A stretch of 64,000 nt of DNA, taken from assembly GCF_009834535.1 (NCBI RefSeq), contig NC_045704.1:39494001-39558000 (forward strand), written 5' to 3'. The position numbers were made by a program, and so were the translations under genes. Positions 50,499-64,000 of the stretch are shown here, one piece after another. Within the stretch, counting starts at the first letter, position 1, and the number at the start of each line of letters is the position of its first letter. The DNA comes from Camelus ferus. Taxonomy: Eukaryota. Below the pieces are notes generated by a model, which searched no databases, was not told the origin of the DNA, and saw nothing but the letters and a program-made list of their open reading frames with translations.

Positions 50499-52339
50499 CC
50501 AACAGGCAAACATGCATACACATACAGATTTCATTCTCACACTTTGGCAAAAGGATAATTACATCAAGGCATATGTTCTTAATTTCTCTCTCCTCTTTTC
50601 TTAATCTCACTGTTCCAATAAATTGCAATTATCTCTTAGATCTAGACAGCCAGCAGGTAAAATTCAAGCAGAGAAGATGGAGAATCTCCATGAGCTTCTT
50701 TTGGGGATAACTTTCAACATTCAAATAATGTACGTTTTCTCTTACTGTAGTGTCTGGGGAAAGGATGGTATTTAACTCTCCAGGGGCCCAGATCCTAGAA
50801 TCATACCATCTAATTATTTTGCTGTTAGAAATAATGTAGGTTTGGGAGCTATCACTTACTACCATTAGAAGGTCACGAATGATAAAGAATATTCCTCTGA
50901 TTATGATATTTAATTTGTCTCAGTGGCTCTACAAGTATTTTGTTTTAATATAATGGAAAATAGGCTTTTTGTAAATGATTATATTTCCTTGTTTGGTATG
51001 ACCTGTGAAAACTCAGAACTAAGTTTGGAATCCACCTCATAGCGGTAAAGAATCTCATGGTGTGCACTTTATTTATTATGTTTACCCCAAGTTCAATGTA
51101 TTTCTTTACTCTTATTTAACAATTGGCTGAATTTACTAAATTAACGTCTTCTTATATAGTTGAATTCGATACATTTCTAGGTGTTTCCTTTTAATTTACT
51201 AGTGTATAGTCTACCTCATTAAAAAATATTAAAAGAAAGAAAACCTAAGCTGTATAGCCTGGCAATGAAAAGTGAGATGCTCGTGGAGTATGGCAAAATG
51301 GTTAGAATGTCTATACCTTAGTGATTGTGTAAAACATCCTGGACAGCTAACCCTAACCAGTGATACTGTAATCCCTCCTCTTTGTAACTGCTGAATTCCT
51401 TTTTACCCTTTATGATTCAGCCTAGGCCACATCTTTTCCAAAAAGCACTCTGAATACACAATTCAGTGTTTTTCTTCTTTTTATAGACTTACATGACAGC
51501 ATGAAAAACCCCACAGACTCGATTCCCAGAAAAAGTGATAAAAATTATTAAACACAAAAGCCCCTGGAAAAGGTACTGATGGCATACAGCAAAACAAAAC
51601 AAACAAAAACCCCCTGAAACTACCCATATTTATTTTTAAAAATCCAGTAAAATTTAGTAAGGAAGTCGTGGTATCTGATAAAGATCTGCTCGCTCCCTCC
51701 AGCCTCACAGCTCAGCAAGATAGGAAATACACTCCGACAACACAGGGCTGCCTCTGCCCCAAACTGATAGTGGAGGGCTCTTGTTAGTGGGGGTCGGCGG
51801 GGAGCAGGATGTTAGCACTTCTCATCCTACCCAGATACTTGTTGCTCAGGCTAAGTTCTGGGCAACTGCAGGTGGGGTTTGCCTCCTTCTGCTTACGGTA
51901 CAGAGATTCTACGCTGGTTGAAGTGTCACTGAGAACCCTGGGTCCTGCTCATCCTTGCATGGCTCATAAGGGTCATTTCGCTCTGAGAGAGGTAAGCCAA
52001 GAAGACTTGAGGCTACCATTTCCCCCAGACCCCCTCCACAGGATAATCAGTTCCTTAAGTGGAGCATCACTTAGAAAGATGCCCTGGAGCAGTCCTGGTT
52101 CAGAGGTGTTGTCTGCGGATGGGTGGGGGGTAGGGAGCATAAAGCTGAGCACTCTGAATCTCTTTAACAAAAGAACTGACTTCATTTGCAAAGGTATGTG
52201 AATTTCAAGTCCAATGGTGGTTTCAAACTGGTAGAGGTTGTTGTGAAAAGCAAATGGGAAAAGATTGGGAGATTTGGTCCTTTCATGAAGCTGGCTGATA
52301 GAGAGAATCAGGCAAAGTCTCAGCTGGGAGGAGCCAAGA

Positions 52340-52617
52340 CAGTCCTTGGCTGTGGCTGCAAAACCCCAATTTCTGCCTCCATCTTCACAGGGTCATCTGC
52401 TCTTCTCCTGTCTCCTACTCTTCCGTCTCTTATAAGAACACTTGTTATTGGATGTAGGGCCCAACCCAGGTAATCTAAGATGATCTCATTGTAAGATCTT
52501 TAACTTAATTACATATGCAAATACCCTTTTTCCAAATGTCACATTCACAGGATCCTGGGTGTAGGACCTGAACATATTGGTGTGTGTGGGGAGGGGGGCA
52601 CTGTTCAACCCACTACA
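52340..52617 (-). mobile_element. MLT1C/D-like MaLR LTR (partial)
   Basis: CTCTTATAAGAACACTTGTTATTGGATGTAGGGCCC...TAACTTAATTACAT...TTCAACCCACTACA. Confidence 0.9.
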
Positions 52618-53039
52618 TTCCCTCTTCCCAAAATCTAGGACATTTATGACTGAATAGAATGTTACAATCGTAAACTTGGTCTTTTTCTAGAAAACAAAGA
52701 TGTGTGAAATTAATTTGGTTGTACATGCTTCTTTGAATTCATTCTTCGAAATATTATAAGATGCAAATTCAAGAAGGTTAAGTAACTAGTAACTCTGTCC
52801 TAAGAATTTTGTTAACACCCTTTTATCATTCATGAACATATCTTTCCTCATTCTTCTCTTTAGTTATTCAATCCATACTTGTATCTGTTTTTCCAGTTTA
52901 CTAAGACAAAGCTCCTATAATCCCGGAATCCACAGTATTCAAGGCGATTCCACATTGTAATGGTTTCTTTATACTCTCAAGTATCCTGCATGTTGTTCCT
53001 TTACCAAATGTGGAAGAACATAGGAAGGAAGGACATTTT

Positions 53040-53390
53040 CCTGTAGATTTAAAAGAGCTTTGAATTAGTTTTAAATAATGAGTAGAAGTACCCTAGGTAA
53101 AGAGAGGGTGGGCAAATCTTTCAGATAAGAGTCAGCCACACATGAAAAGGCTCAGGAGCCCAGAGACCATGCCATCAGCTAAAAATCAGCAGCTCCAACG
53201 ATGGGAGCCACCAGAGGAGTGGCTGTTGGTGATGTCAGGGACAGAACGTTGAAGCCAAACCAGGGAAAGTCTTCTGTTATAGGCTGATGGGTAAAGGCTG
53301 TATCATATGATCGTTGGTGAGCCACTTGAAATGATTCTTGATGAGATTTACAATGTTAAAAGTTAGCATAAAGCTTACTGATAAGAGAAG
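53040..53390 (-). mobile_element. L2 fragment
   Basis: AGAGCTTTGAATTAG...ACATGAAAAGGCTCAGGAG...GGTGAGCCACTTGAA. Confidence 0.45.
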
Positions 53391-55825
53391 TTATGGCTTG
53401 TTTTATTTTGTTTTCTTAAATGTATGAATGTCTCAGAAATATACTTTGAAAATTTCTTAAAATTGCTAAAACAAAGAGAAAAACAATAAAACATAACAAG
53501 CAACTAGTGCCACATATCCCCAAAATAATCCCAAAACATGTTATCATTATCTGTATTAGATGAACATGCATGATTGAAATTACTTCAGCTTATCATAATT
53601 TTCAACACAAGTGTCATATTTAAGTGCTGAAGATTCACTTTTGTCTAAGTTAATGAAATGATGGGAGTTCAAATTTTAAAGATATTACAGAGCAATAAAA
53701 TTAATTAGATAAGCTTCTAAGGAAATTATTCATGTCCTTTGTGACTGGCCCCAAAATGTTTGCCTTTCATCTGATACACAAATATTAAATATAAAGATAT
53801 TATAATTAGAAACTTGATTAGCATTCATTAAAGATTAATTTTCTAAACACAGGAGATGCGACAAAGTGGTCTGGAAGGAAAAGCCTGTTTCAGTTGGTCA
53901 CAAAAGTCAGACTGTTTTCAGAGAATGATGAAAAAAGGCTGAAATAGGACCTAGTATAAACAACTCCTTACTTCTACCATTTGAATCGTAGTGACTTCCT
54001 GTCACCTCTCTGTCACATAGACTCATGAATTGCCCATTAATTTTGCCCTTTTATAATCAAAGGTAATGGAACACTGCCAAGTCTACGTTACTTGGGAATT
54101 TGCTTCAACTAGTTTCCACGAGCTGCTCTTTTTGCAGGCATCGATTGAAATAAACAGCCTCTCCTTTTCAGGCTATGTGAGAGAAAAAATGATTTGACAA
54201 ATTTAGGTATACTGATGGACTCAATAAATAATTCTTGAGCCTTCTACAAGTAGAAGGATGGAAGCCCTGAGCAGTAAATTACACTCAACAGGGGAAATGC
54301 AAAATAAGAGAATTTGTAATTGAACAGGGGTGAGAGGAACTGTGGAAGTGTATAAAATAGGAAGATTCAAACTGAATATATGATAGAAAAGATAGCAATT
54401 TAGGACATTTAGAATAAAACTGGTGGGAACTAGAAAGAAGGTCTCGGAAAATAATTTCGTTAGTGGATTTAGGCTCTCTAGTGACCAAAGATAAAACTTC
54501 ATGATGTACATTTTGCCCAAAAAAGGTATGATAATTTATAAATCATTAGTGATGATTTATTAATCCATAGATTATTAGGTAGCATAGAAACAAGGTAGAA
54601 TATAATTACCCAGTGGACACTAGCAGGGCAGAAATGCTGTTGGGGATATCTCTGACAGATTTTTCTCTTCATAGCATTATTTTTTATGCATTACCCTTTC
54701 ACTATCACGGCAACTGTATTGATGCTGTGGTTCAAATACAGTCTATTGACTTCCTCAAATACGTACCAAGAAATGTCAACACTGAGGGAGCAGTTGACCA
54801 CCAGAATTTTAATAATTCATGATTATAGGACTGTGAAAATTCCAGCAAGCTAGACTATAAAAAAGGAGTAATTCTGTTTTACTCCTTAAAATCTCAGTTG
54901 TATTTGCAGATTAGTTTAAAATTAACTGAGAACTTTAACCAGATGGGAACTTCAGTATCAAGTGAACAAAGCTTGTAAGGCAGAGCTTTTCTATTAACCA
55001 AGTAGCTCTCTCAGGAGATGGAGAGAAATGGTTTCTCTCATTGTGACAGTTGTGGACTTAGACATATTTGAAAATGTCTTAAACTCTCTGGAGAGAATGA
55101 CTCTTAAATGGTGACTTTAGTTCAAGTCCTCACTGACCTCCGTTTTCCCTACTGACTAAAAAAATGCATTCTGCGCAGCTCCACCATTTTCAAATGCTCT
55201 GTAAATGGGGAGAAAAGGTGTAGGTCTCTAGTGTATTGCATTCATCTTAAGGGAACATGGAAGTAGTGAAATCCTTTATAATGGCTCGTCAAGCCCTCAC
55301 TCCACCTTTTCCTACACATCGATCAGTGAGCCCTGAGGTATCCTTTCTCCAGATCACAAGAGTGGAGGTCCTAAAGAATAAAATAGTCACATTTATGGTT
55401 GTAAAATTTCAATCCTATGGGAAAAAATTTTAGAGCCACTGAGGTAAGAACTGATGTTATGAGCCTCTTAGATACTGTGTATTTATTAAATGTAGCTCTT
55501 TCACGGTCACACTCTAAAGGCAACATTAATGGCAGTTTGTAAATGAAAAACTAGTACAAATGGGAACGGAACTATTCCATTTTCCATTTTCTATTGATAT
55601 GCTACGTAACATCATCTACTTTCGATTCTTTTTTTAATTAAGCAGTTACTAGTTTTGCTTCATTTTATTTTCATATACTAAATATTTTAACTTAAAATTT
55701 ATAAATATGAATTTATTATTTGCCAAACTTTATTCCAAGACCTTTGTTTCACTGAGGATAGGTCTGCTTCTAGAGTTCTGAGTTAAACATACATAAACCA
55801 GTCATTTGTGGTTTATGATTTCTAG

Positions 55826-55945
55826 GGTTTTTTTTTCCAGTTGAGGTAACATTGGTCTACAACATTATATGTTTCATGTGTACAACGTTATAGTTCGACT
55901 TCTGTGTAAACTGAATGCTTGCCAAGATACTTTTAGTTCTATGTG
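55826..55945 (-). mobile_element. 5'-truncated L1 3' end (L1MA-like)
   Basis: T-run, then GTTGAGGTAACATTGG...CAACATTATATGTTTCATGTGTACAAC. Confidence 0.7.
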
Positions 55946-58666
55946 TATGTTAACAAATTTGTTTTCCTTTGTTGTCTATATTCTTTTTTGTTTTGTTGTT
56001 GTGCGTATGTGTGAATGCATATGTGGTTTTTCCGTGTTTGCCTGTTTCTGTTTTGTCTTAGGTACACTTCTCTTTTCTGCTGTGTATTCTTCTCGCGGAA
56101 TTAGTGTCTGAAAAATATTGGCCCCCTCCTTTTGCAGCCCTAAGTGCACGTTTATATTCTTTTTATGCATCTTATCTTTGTCCATATTATAAGAGGCAAG
56201 GAAACAAAATTCTGTAAGTTTATTTCTTCATATGTCCCTTTTCATAATCTAAGTCTTCTTTGCAAAATCTCTAATTATACTCTGCTAGCAAAATTGCATC
56301 ATGCTTCTATTACTAAATCTTCAGTGTTTTTTTTTCCCCTAATTATTTCAAGTAGGGTTGATTCAAAATTATTGGAACTGAATTTCTTGAGATTACTCTT
56401 TACAATGCAATTCAGTTTAAATCCCTTATATATTAGAATCTTAATTAGGGAGACTCACACTTTCAGTGTGATAAAGATTTATCTAATAATCAGTTTAAAT
56501 GCTCATTCAGCACCAGCTTACAATAAGAATTGTGCCCCCAGGGCGTGCATGCATGCACACATACATGTGCACCCCCCCCCACTTGATTATCATGAAAGAA
56601 AACTAATATTGTAAGTACCCAGCATGTATTGCATGATTTGTTATGTACTATCTTTTTCAGGTTTGTTGGGTTACTGCAAAGACATTATTTTCTTAAATGG
56701 AATTATGATGTCAGGGTCTGTAAGGACTGAAATCAATTTATCTGGGCTACCTATGATAGTAGGCGGTGAAGAAGTATCAATTTACCAACAACCAGTGAGC
56801 CTAAAAATTACATGGACTCTAGTCAGCTTGCTTGTATTTACTCAAAGCCAGGAAGTGGTAAACCTGAAATACGAATCCAGGGCAGCCTGACCACAAGTTA
56901 AAGACCACACAGGAACAAGCAAAACTGACTCTTCCCCACAGGCTCTCTTTCGCATAGCACTTGTAAAACATAACGTTAAAATATCTGAGTTTGAAGATAG
57001 ATCACTTCCCAAACAAAATAACATTGTAATAAAATAATAACCTCAAAAGAAAGGTTTGATGACTCCATTAACATGAAACATTTTATTAGTGACTTTATGT
57101 TTAGAAATATTATAGTCAGCTTTTTAAAAATTCTTGGGATGGTTCCTTTACATTTTTTGTGTGAGGTCAACTTTTGTTGTTGAAGTAAGCCATTCAAACA
57201 GTAAAATGCATAAATCTTAAGGTTGTATTTCAGTGTATTTTTATAAAGTGAACATACCCACGTAACCATCACCCAGATCAAGATGTGCAGCATAACTGGC
57301 GTCCCAAAATCTTCCCATGTACCCCCCTTTGCAGTTGTCACGCCTCTCAAGGTAACCTCTGCTCTGTTTCTTAACATTAAATTCATTTGCTTTCTTCAGA
57401 ACTTTGTGAAAATTTAAATAATATAAAGTACACACTTTATATCTGGCTTCTTTAGCTCAATATACTGTTTGTAAAATCATTCATATGGCTGCAGGCAGCT
57501 GTAGTTCAGTCTTTTCCACTGTTTGGAAAAGAATTTCATTGTATACATAGACCACAATTAATTTTTTTATTCTCTTACTGGTGGACATTTTGCATGTTTC
57601 AATTTTATGCTGTTCTGAAAAGTGCTACTATAAATATTTAGTGTATTTCTGTTTGTACACAAATACCTGAATTTCAGTATGTTACATACTTAGTGAAAGA
57701 ATGAAATATTATAGAATATGCCTCCTTTCGGTTTTATTGTACACTTCCAAATATGTTTCTAATGTGGATGTACCAATTTACACTATGACCAGCAACACAG
57801 AAAAGTTCAAGTTGCTGCATGTCTTCAACCACACTTGGTAAAGCCAATTATTCATTATTTAATTTCAATTTTAGCCACTGTAGAGGTGTGTAGTTGTATT
57901 TCAGTTCAATCTTATTTTCAATATCTTGATCTGATGCTAAGGACATATTATGCTTACTGGCCAGTTGGGTATCTTCTTTTGTGAATTATTTGTTTAAGTT
58001 TTTGCCACATTTTAATTGCATTGTCTATGTTTTCCTAATAGATATGCATATTATATATTAAGGGTATATGTCCTTTGCTAGATATATCACAATACCTTCC
58101 CCTATTCTGTAGCTTAGTTTTTCACTCTCTTAATAGTATCTTCTGATGAACACAAATTCTTAATTTAATAAAGTTGAATTCATCAGTCTTTGCTCTTATG
58201 AACTTTAACACATTTTGCAACTTACTTGTTAATTATTTGCACAACCCAGATTTTGAAAATTCTGTTATTTTTAGGAAGGTATATTATTTTTTTCACACTT
58301 ACATCTCTGATCTCTCTGACAATTACTAATATTGGCAGTCTGAGGTTTGAGGTCAAGGCTAAGTTTCCTCCACTCATGGATATCCTTTTCACAGTCAACA
58401 TTACTGTTAAGTCTGCCTATGGTATTTTGTTATGAATCGGTCAAGTATTTTTGTAGAGGCTTATTTGTGGAATTTTCTGTTCCGTTGATCTATTCTTCTG
58501 TCTTATGCTCATACAATCCTCTCTTAATTACTCTTTATAATAAATCTTTTATATTGTTATTATGGGTATGATAAGATCAACAATTTGTTTTTCTTTTTAA
58601 ATATTTTCATTATTTTTCCCTTTAAATTTATATACACATTTTGGTATTACTTGTCAAACTGTGCGT

Positions 58667-58688
58667 ACACACACACACACACACACAC
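58667..58688. repeat. (AC)n microsatellite within L1
   Basis: Direct read. Confidence 0.95.
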
Positions 58689-61115
58689 GTATGCACAGCT
58701 GTTACAATTTTGATTGATATTGCAAAGAATCTACAGATAAATTTAAAGAGGACTGACATCTTTTACATTTGAATCTCCAACTCATGAAGCCTATGAATAT
58801 CTTCTTCATTTATTCAGATCGTCTTTAACTTCTCTCAGTAACGTTTGGTAGTTTTCTTTTTAGAAGTATTGTACGTCATTCGTTCGATTGTCACTATTTA
58901 ATTGAAGTCTTTTTACTAGTATAAGTAGTGTATTTTATTTTCTGAGTATTGTTAGAAAATAAATCTACTTATTTTATAACTCTAACAAGAATGCAAACTA
59001 TAATTATTACTTATAATAGTTTAACTGTATTTTTTTCATTTTTATGTAGTCAATCATGTTGTCTGTGAACAGTGACAACTTTGTTTCTTCCTTTCCAATA
59101 TTTATACTTTAATTTCTTACCTATATCTTATTATACTAGCCAAAATCTTCAGTATTATTGCATAAAAGTAGCAATAGTAGACAACCTTATCTCATTTCCA
59201 ATCTCAGGGAGAAAGCTTTCAGTATTTTACCATTGGGTCTGGTATTTGCTTTTTTTTTTTTTTTTTTTTGGTAGCTGTCCTTTATCAGATTAAGTTCTTT
59301 TCTATTTCTAGTGTGCAGAGAGCTTTTTCATGAACAAGAAATAAATATATAACATTTTCTGCATCTGTTGAGAATGATCACATGTTTTCTCTATTTTCTT
59401 TCCTCAAAATTTTAATTTACAGTAATGGATTTTCAAATGTTATCATCTATCTGTGTATTCCCTGGGTGTAATATTATATTTTTACGTTAGCAGTTTTGAT
59501 TTGCTAACATGTTACCTGGGACTTCTGTGCATGAGAAGCAGGCTGTTAATTCTCTTTTCTTACAATATTCTTGTCAGGTTTTAGCATTAAGATTAAGCTG
59601 GCTCATGACATAAGGTGGAAAATGCTCATCTACTTCTGGTAAAGTTTGTGTCAGGTTCATTTGGGCATGACGATTTGTGTGTTAAGAGTTAGTAATTATG
59701 GATTAAATTTATTCAATAAAGAAAATGATAGACATATTTTTTCTTTTTCTTATTTATGCCAGTTTGCACAGACTGCACTTTTCAACTTATTAGTCTATCT
59801 CATATATATTTTAATCCTTATTGTCATAAATATGCTAATAATGTCCAATTATTATCTTTTAGCATCTGTAGAATCTGTAGTGATGTCCTCTTTGTCATTC
59901 TGATATTGGCAACTTGTAACTTTTCTATTTTTTCTTGCAACATTTTATCAGCTTACTTATTGATCAAACAAACGGATTTTGGGTTTGCTGAATTTTAGGA
60001 CTGTATATTTGTGCTCAATTTCATTATACTCTATCCCATATTTATTTTCACCTCGCTACTAGTTTTTAATTTTCTGTTCACTTTCAGCCTGTTTGAAGTG
60101 GATGCCTAGATAATTGATTTTTAGCATTTCTTCTTTTCTAATAGAAACATTTAAGGCTAATTTCTCTCTGGGCACTGTGTTAGCTGTATCCCACAAGTTG
60201 TGTCATGTCATTATTTTGTGATCATTCATTTTTAAAATGTACTAATTCCCTTTGTGACTTTATACTGTTTTCCATGGATCATTTAGAGATGCATGGCTTA
60301 ATTTCCAATATGTGGGGATAATTCCAGGGTCTTTTTTGTTATTTATTTCTAGTTTAACTCCACTGTATTAATAAAGCATAACCTGCCATGTATTGAGACT
60401 TGGCCACATTGGGTAAATGTTTCAAGTGTGTTTGGCAATAATGATATTTTTGTAATTTTGGAGTGCAAGGTTATACACATTTCAATTAGATAAGGTGACT
60501 AATTATGATATTCAAACACTTTATAGCCTTATTAATTTTTTTTCTGTTTACTTGTTTGATTAATAGACAGTTCGGTTAAAATCTTCATCTATAACTGTTG
60601 ACTTGTCTATTTCTCTCTTTGCGTCTGTCAATTTTTTGCTGTGTGTACGTGGCAAGCATATTATTAGGTACAGACAAATTTAGGATTTTTATGTCTTCCT
60701 GCTGAATCTAATCATTTACCATTATGAAAATTTTCTTTGTCTTTGGCAAGATTGCTTTTTAGTCTGTAGCTGAACTATTTTGGTTTAATTTCTATAGATC
60801 TTTTTTCAGTCACTTCAGTCTTTATGTGTCCTTATATTTGAGATTAATTTCTGATAAAAAAACATGATTTGAAATTGATTGCTTTTTTTCCTAGTCTACC
60901 AGTATCTGTTAATTGAAGTATGTACTTTATTTACAATTAGTGTGATTGTTTACATATCTGGGTTTTAATTTCTAATTGTACTTTTACATTTTTCTTCATC
61001 AGTTCTCATTTTTCTCTTTTCTGTCTTTTTTTGGATTAAAAGGTTTAATTATTCCATTTCGATTAGCTTTTTAGTTACATAGTCTTTTATTAATACTATT
61101 TTAGTGATATCTTAA

Positions 61116-61174
61116 ATATATATATATATATATATTATCATAAGTGTATATATATATGTGTGTGTGTGTGTGTG
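61116..61174. repeat. Compound (AT)n...(TA)n(TG)n microsatellite
   Basis: Direct read. Confidence 0.95.
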
Positions 61175-62314
61175 CGACTTATTAGAATCTACCTTAAAGT
61201 AATGCTTCAAACATTTTAGGTACACTGTAAGGACATTTATAATGTGTTAAGTGTTTATGCTGTTTTGTTACACCCTTCCTGTATCTGGGTTTTAATTCTG
61301 GAAATTAGATATGAACAAGTGTTGTCTTCCTTCAGACGGAGTTTGATCCTTCCCTCACGGGAAGGTCTATATAGTTAGATTGCCTCGATACTCTTAAGGC
61401 TGGATTCCAGAATTTATGAGGACTGATCTAATCTGTTGTTTTCCCTTACTTCTTGATCCCATTTTTTTCTGTTGAATTGCTAAAATATGTTTTTTAGCTT
61501 TTTAGCCTCTTTGCATACTCTCTCTGAGAGGCTTCACATCCTCTCACTTCTGCGCATGTTAAGGTTTGGTAAGCGCGTCATGGGTAAAAGCCCTCATAAT
61601 GTTCTGATAGCTTCTTTTCTTTTCTTTTTTTTCTTACATTGAAGGATGGTCAGTTTACAAGGTTGTGTTAATTTCTGATGATATCTTCTTTTTAGTTACC
61701 TCCTCGCCGTAGAGTTAGCCCCTCAATTTCTGGACACGTTGGTAGCCCTGTACTACGACTTCTGACTCCACAGTCCCACGAGACAGTCCTACACTCCAGG
61801 TCACTGACTTCTGCTTGGTTTCTATGCCCTGTGGGTTGAATCAGTTAAAGCCTGAAGGGAACAGCAGCGCTAAATTTAGGAGTCACCTCAGTCTGTTTCC
61901 TTTCTCTCTGGTATCTTGGCTTCTTAAGTAATGGCTGCCTTCAAATACCATTTTTTCCTCTAGCTTTGTACTTATTCTCAGTGAGGGAGTCAGTCAGATA
62001 TAAACCACCATTATAAACATAAGAAAGATACTTAATTTTCCCCGTCCCATTGTGGTGTAATACGTTCATTATTTCCCCAAGAAAATTAAACTGTAAGTCA
62101 CCCTTCATTTTCCGAACAAGGGACAGAAAACATTACTATAAAATGACCCTACTTCTCCGTGAGTTAGTGCCCAGCATAATTCACATATGGTAATTAAAAC
62201 TGTGTTATCTTTAGTTAATGCTCTGATTCCAAAGCCAAACAGTCTCTTGAGATTTCTTCCCTTAGTCTATGCTTTGGCCACAATAAATTACACATTTATT
62301 GTGACACTGGACCA

Positions 62315-62334
62315 AGATAGATAGATAGATAGAT
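62315..62334. repeat. (AGAT)5 tetranucleotide repeat
   Basis: Direct read. Confidence 0.95.
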
Positions 62335-63672
62335 CATACTGAATTAAAAAAGCAAAAACATAATTCAAGACAAATGATTAGCAGAGGTGGTTGAAATGCC
62401 TGCAGTGCATCCCACCACTGCAGGGTCAAGTACAAGATAATAAAATGGATGATGTTGATGGATTCCCAGACGTTAATATTAAATGGTGAGAATATATGTG
62501 AATGGAAACATAGTTACATCCATACATCACTACTTCCTCCAGTTGCATTTGGAGCCGCAAAGTCATCTATCAGTGTATGTTAGAAAGGTAACTAGACACA
62601 ATATCATGTATTCTTTAATAAAACTTAAAAAGATATATTAGGTGAAAGGTGCAAATCTGTAAGCAATAGGAAGCACTATGTTTATTTTTATGATTGTATT
62701 TGGAGAGGCAGTGCAGAGCACCTGTATATAATGATATTGTGCAGCTCGGAGTGTCTGTAAACTACTCTCTCTCATTCTCTCTTTCTTTGGTTATAGATTA
62801 AAAAAAAAAATAGATGCTAGCTGTATAAAACTTTTAAATTACCTACCCTATTAAAAAAAGCTTAATAAACTCTTCAAGGGCCCAGTCAGTGTATCATGCA
62901 AATTTGCAACATACAGCAACTGAGATGCTGACAGGGAGCTCAAGTGTCAAGCTTAGTTCAAAACATTATGAGAAAGTGAGAGAATACAGGCCAATATCAT
63001 AGTCTTCGATGTTGTTAGTAAAATAATTACAAATAACGCTGAAACAGAAAAACTGCTGGAGGTTTTTTTTTTTTTTTAAACTGAATTTATGGAGAATGGC
63101 AAAAAGCCCTGCATGCTACCAGAAATGCTTTAATTTCTACAAAATCAGGTCAAAGACAAAAATGAAAAGTGATTTTTTTCTAACACACCAGGAAAAAAAA
63201 AAAACAAAAGTGAGAGAAAAGCACTGCCAGCAAAATGCTAAGTTCTGTTGTCGGCATCTGCCTTTCTGCTGTTGCAGATAATCCACTCGTTTGTGGTGAT
63301 CTGTCCCTGACACGGCCTGGCATGATTGGGGCAGATTTTTATATACAGTTACTTGGGTAAAAAGTAACCTAACTCATCCACATATATGAGTACAGTCCTC
63401 TAAACATTCATCATTTTGAGCTCAGTTTTCTCCATGAAGGTACTGGAATCATCAGAGGAGAGTGAACCCACTCTAGCTGACTTCTTCTGAGCTCCCCAGG
63501 TGATACAGAAAATTGTATCCTTGGGGTCCAAGCTTTGGGTATGCTTTGTACAAGTCTTTATTGACCATTTTCTCTCAGGCACCACGCTTTCATTTTTATA
63601 TAACCTTATGACTAAGACAATATAATTATTCTCTCACAGAAGCATTTAACATATGATTGTAATTTTAAACTT

Positions 63673-63790
63673 CCATTTAATCAACAAATACTGACCTTAT
63701 ACTTACTGGGTGCCAGATACTCTTCTAGGACAAGAGATACCAAAAACATTTTCTATTACATTCACACATACCTCGGGGTAGGAGTAGGGA
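63673..63790 (-). mobile_element. L2 3' end
   Basis: CATTTAATCAACAAATACTG...GGGTGCCAGATACTCTTCTAGG. Confidence 0.65.
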
Positions 63791-64000
63791 CTCTCAGGTA
63801 TAGATGAAATGTACGCAGAAAAATAAAACCAAGGGAAGTAAAAGAGACAAATGTGGGAAACCAACTTTTCGCTCAATGCTTATAAACGATGTATACATGG
63901 CTGTGGCTGCAATATCAAGTTACAGGTGTGTTGACCTCCTTTCTCTGTTTTCTTATCTCAACAATTAAGTCCCTCCTTTCTCTAAGAAAAAATCTAATAA

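Larger units (their letters stand above)
57165..62030 (-). mobile_element. Ancient LINE-1 (L1MB/ME-like), about 4.9 kb, same orientation as CDH8, decayed
   Basis: 3' end at about 57165 (ACAGTAAAATGCATAAATCTTAAG...CACCCAGATCAAGAT); RT-like 59190-59640; EN-like 60100-60720; 5'-end-like 61300-62030. Confidence 0.85.
1..64000 (-). other. CDH8: Window lies within the CDH8 gene (intron 8, exon 9 in gap, intron 9, exon 10, intron 10)
   Basis: Exon 10 peptide recognised; no exon 8 or exon 11 sequence found, consistent with the long flanking introns (about 60 kb each) I recall in human. Confidence 0.9.

Noticed and set aside
56144-56614. Longest gap-free ORF (156 aa, plus strand); also 51809-52201 and 56976-57386
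   Set aside because: Low-information AT-rich or repeat-derived translations with no domain or splice context.
9468-62905. Several ATGCAAAT octamers, TGA(C/G)TCA sites and CACGTG boxes
   Set aside because: Counts are near rough chance expectation for 64 kb, with no clustering.

Overview
Mammalian genomic DNA, most likely a camelid (two tRNA-Ala-derived Vic-1-type SINEs; no ruminant, pig or primate SINEs seen). The window lies inside cadherin-8 (CDH8) on the minus strand: part of intron 8 (right), exon 9 (not visible; inferred to lie in the 196-N gap 47569-47764), intron 9, exon 10 (34835-34952, the only visible coding exon) and part of intron 10 (left). The rest is intronic unique sequence plus old repeats (L1M, L2, MIR, MLT1/MaLR, ERVL LTR, hAT MITEs) and microsatellites. 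Almost all ORFs in the supplied track are spurious. The best lead is a module at the start of intron 9. It has an in-frame read-through tail (...FVYSCLILD*) matching the truncated, transmembrane-less cadherin-8 isoform I recall from human/rat, two tandem 1-nt-loop G-quadruplex motifs on the sense strand, and candidate intronic poly(A) signals. Secondary leads are a CRE/NBRE/TCF/NF-kB motif cluster 3 kb past exon 10, a CRE overlapping the exon 10 branch point, a 22-bp perfect palindrome, and CpG-restored patches inside ancient repeats. Exon numbering, human comparisons and repeat subfamily names are from memory, not from searches; repeat boundaries are approximate. I found no evidence of a wholly new gene system.
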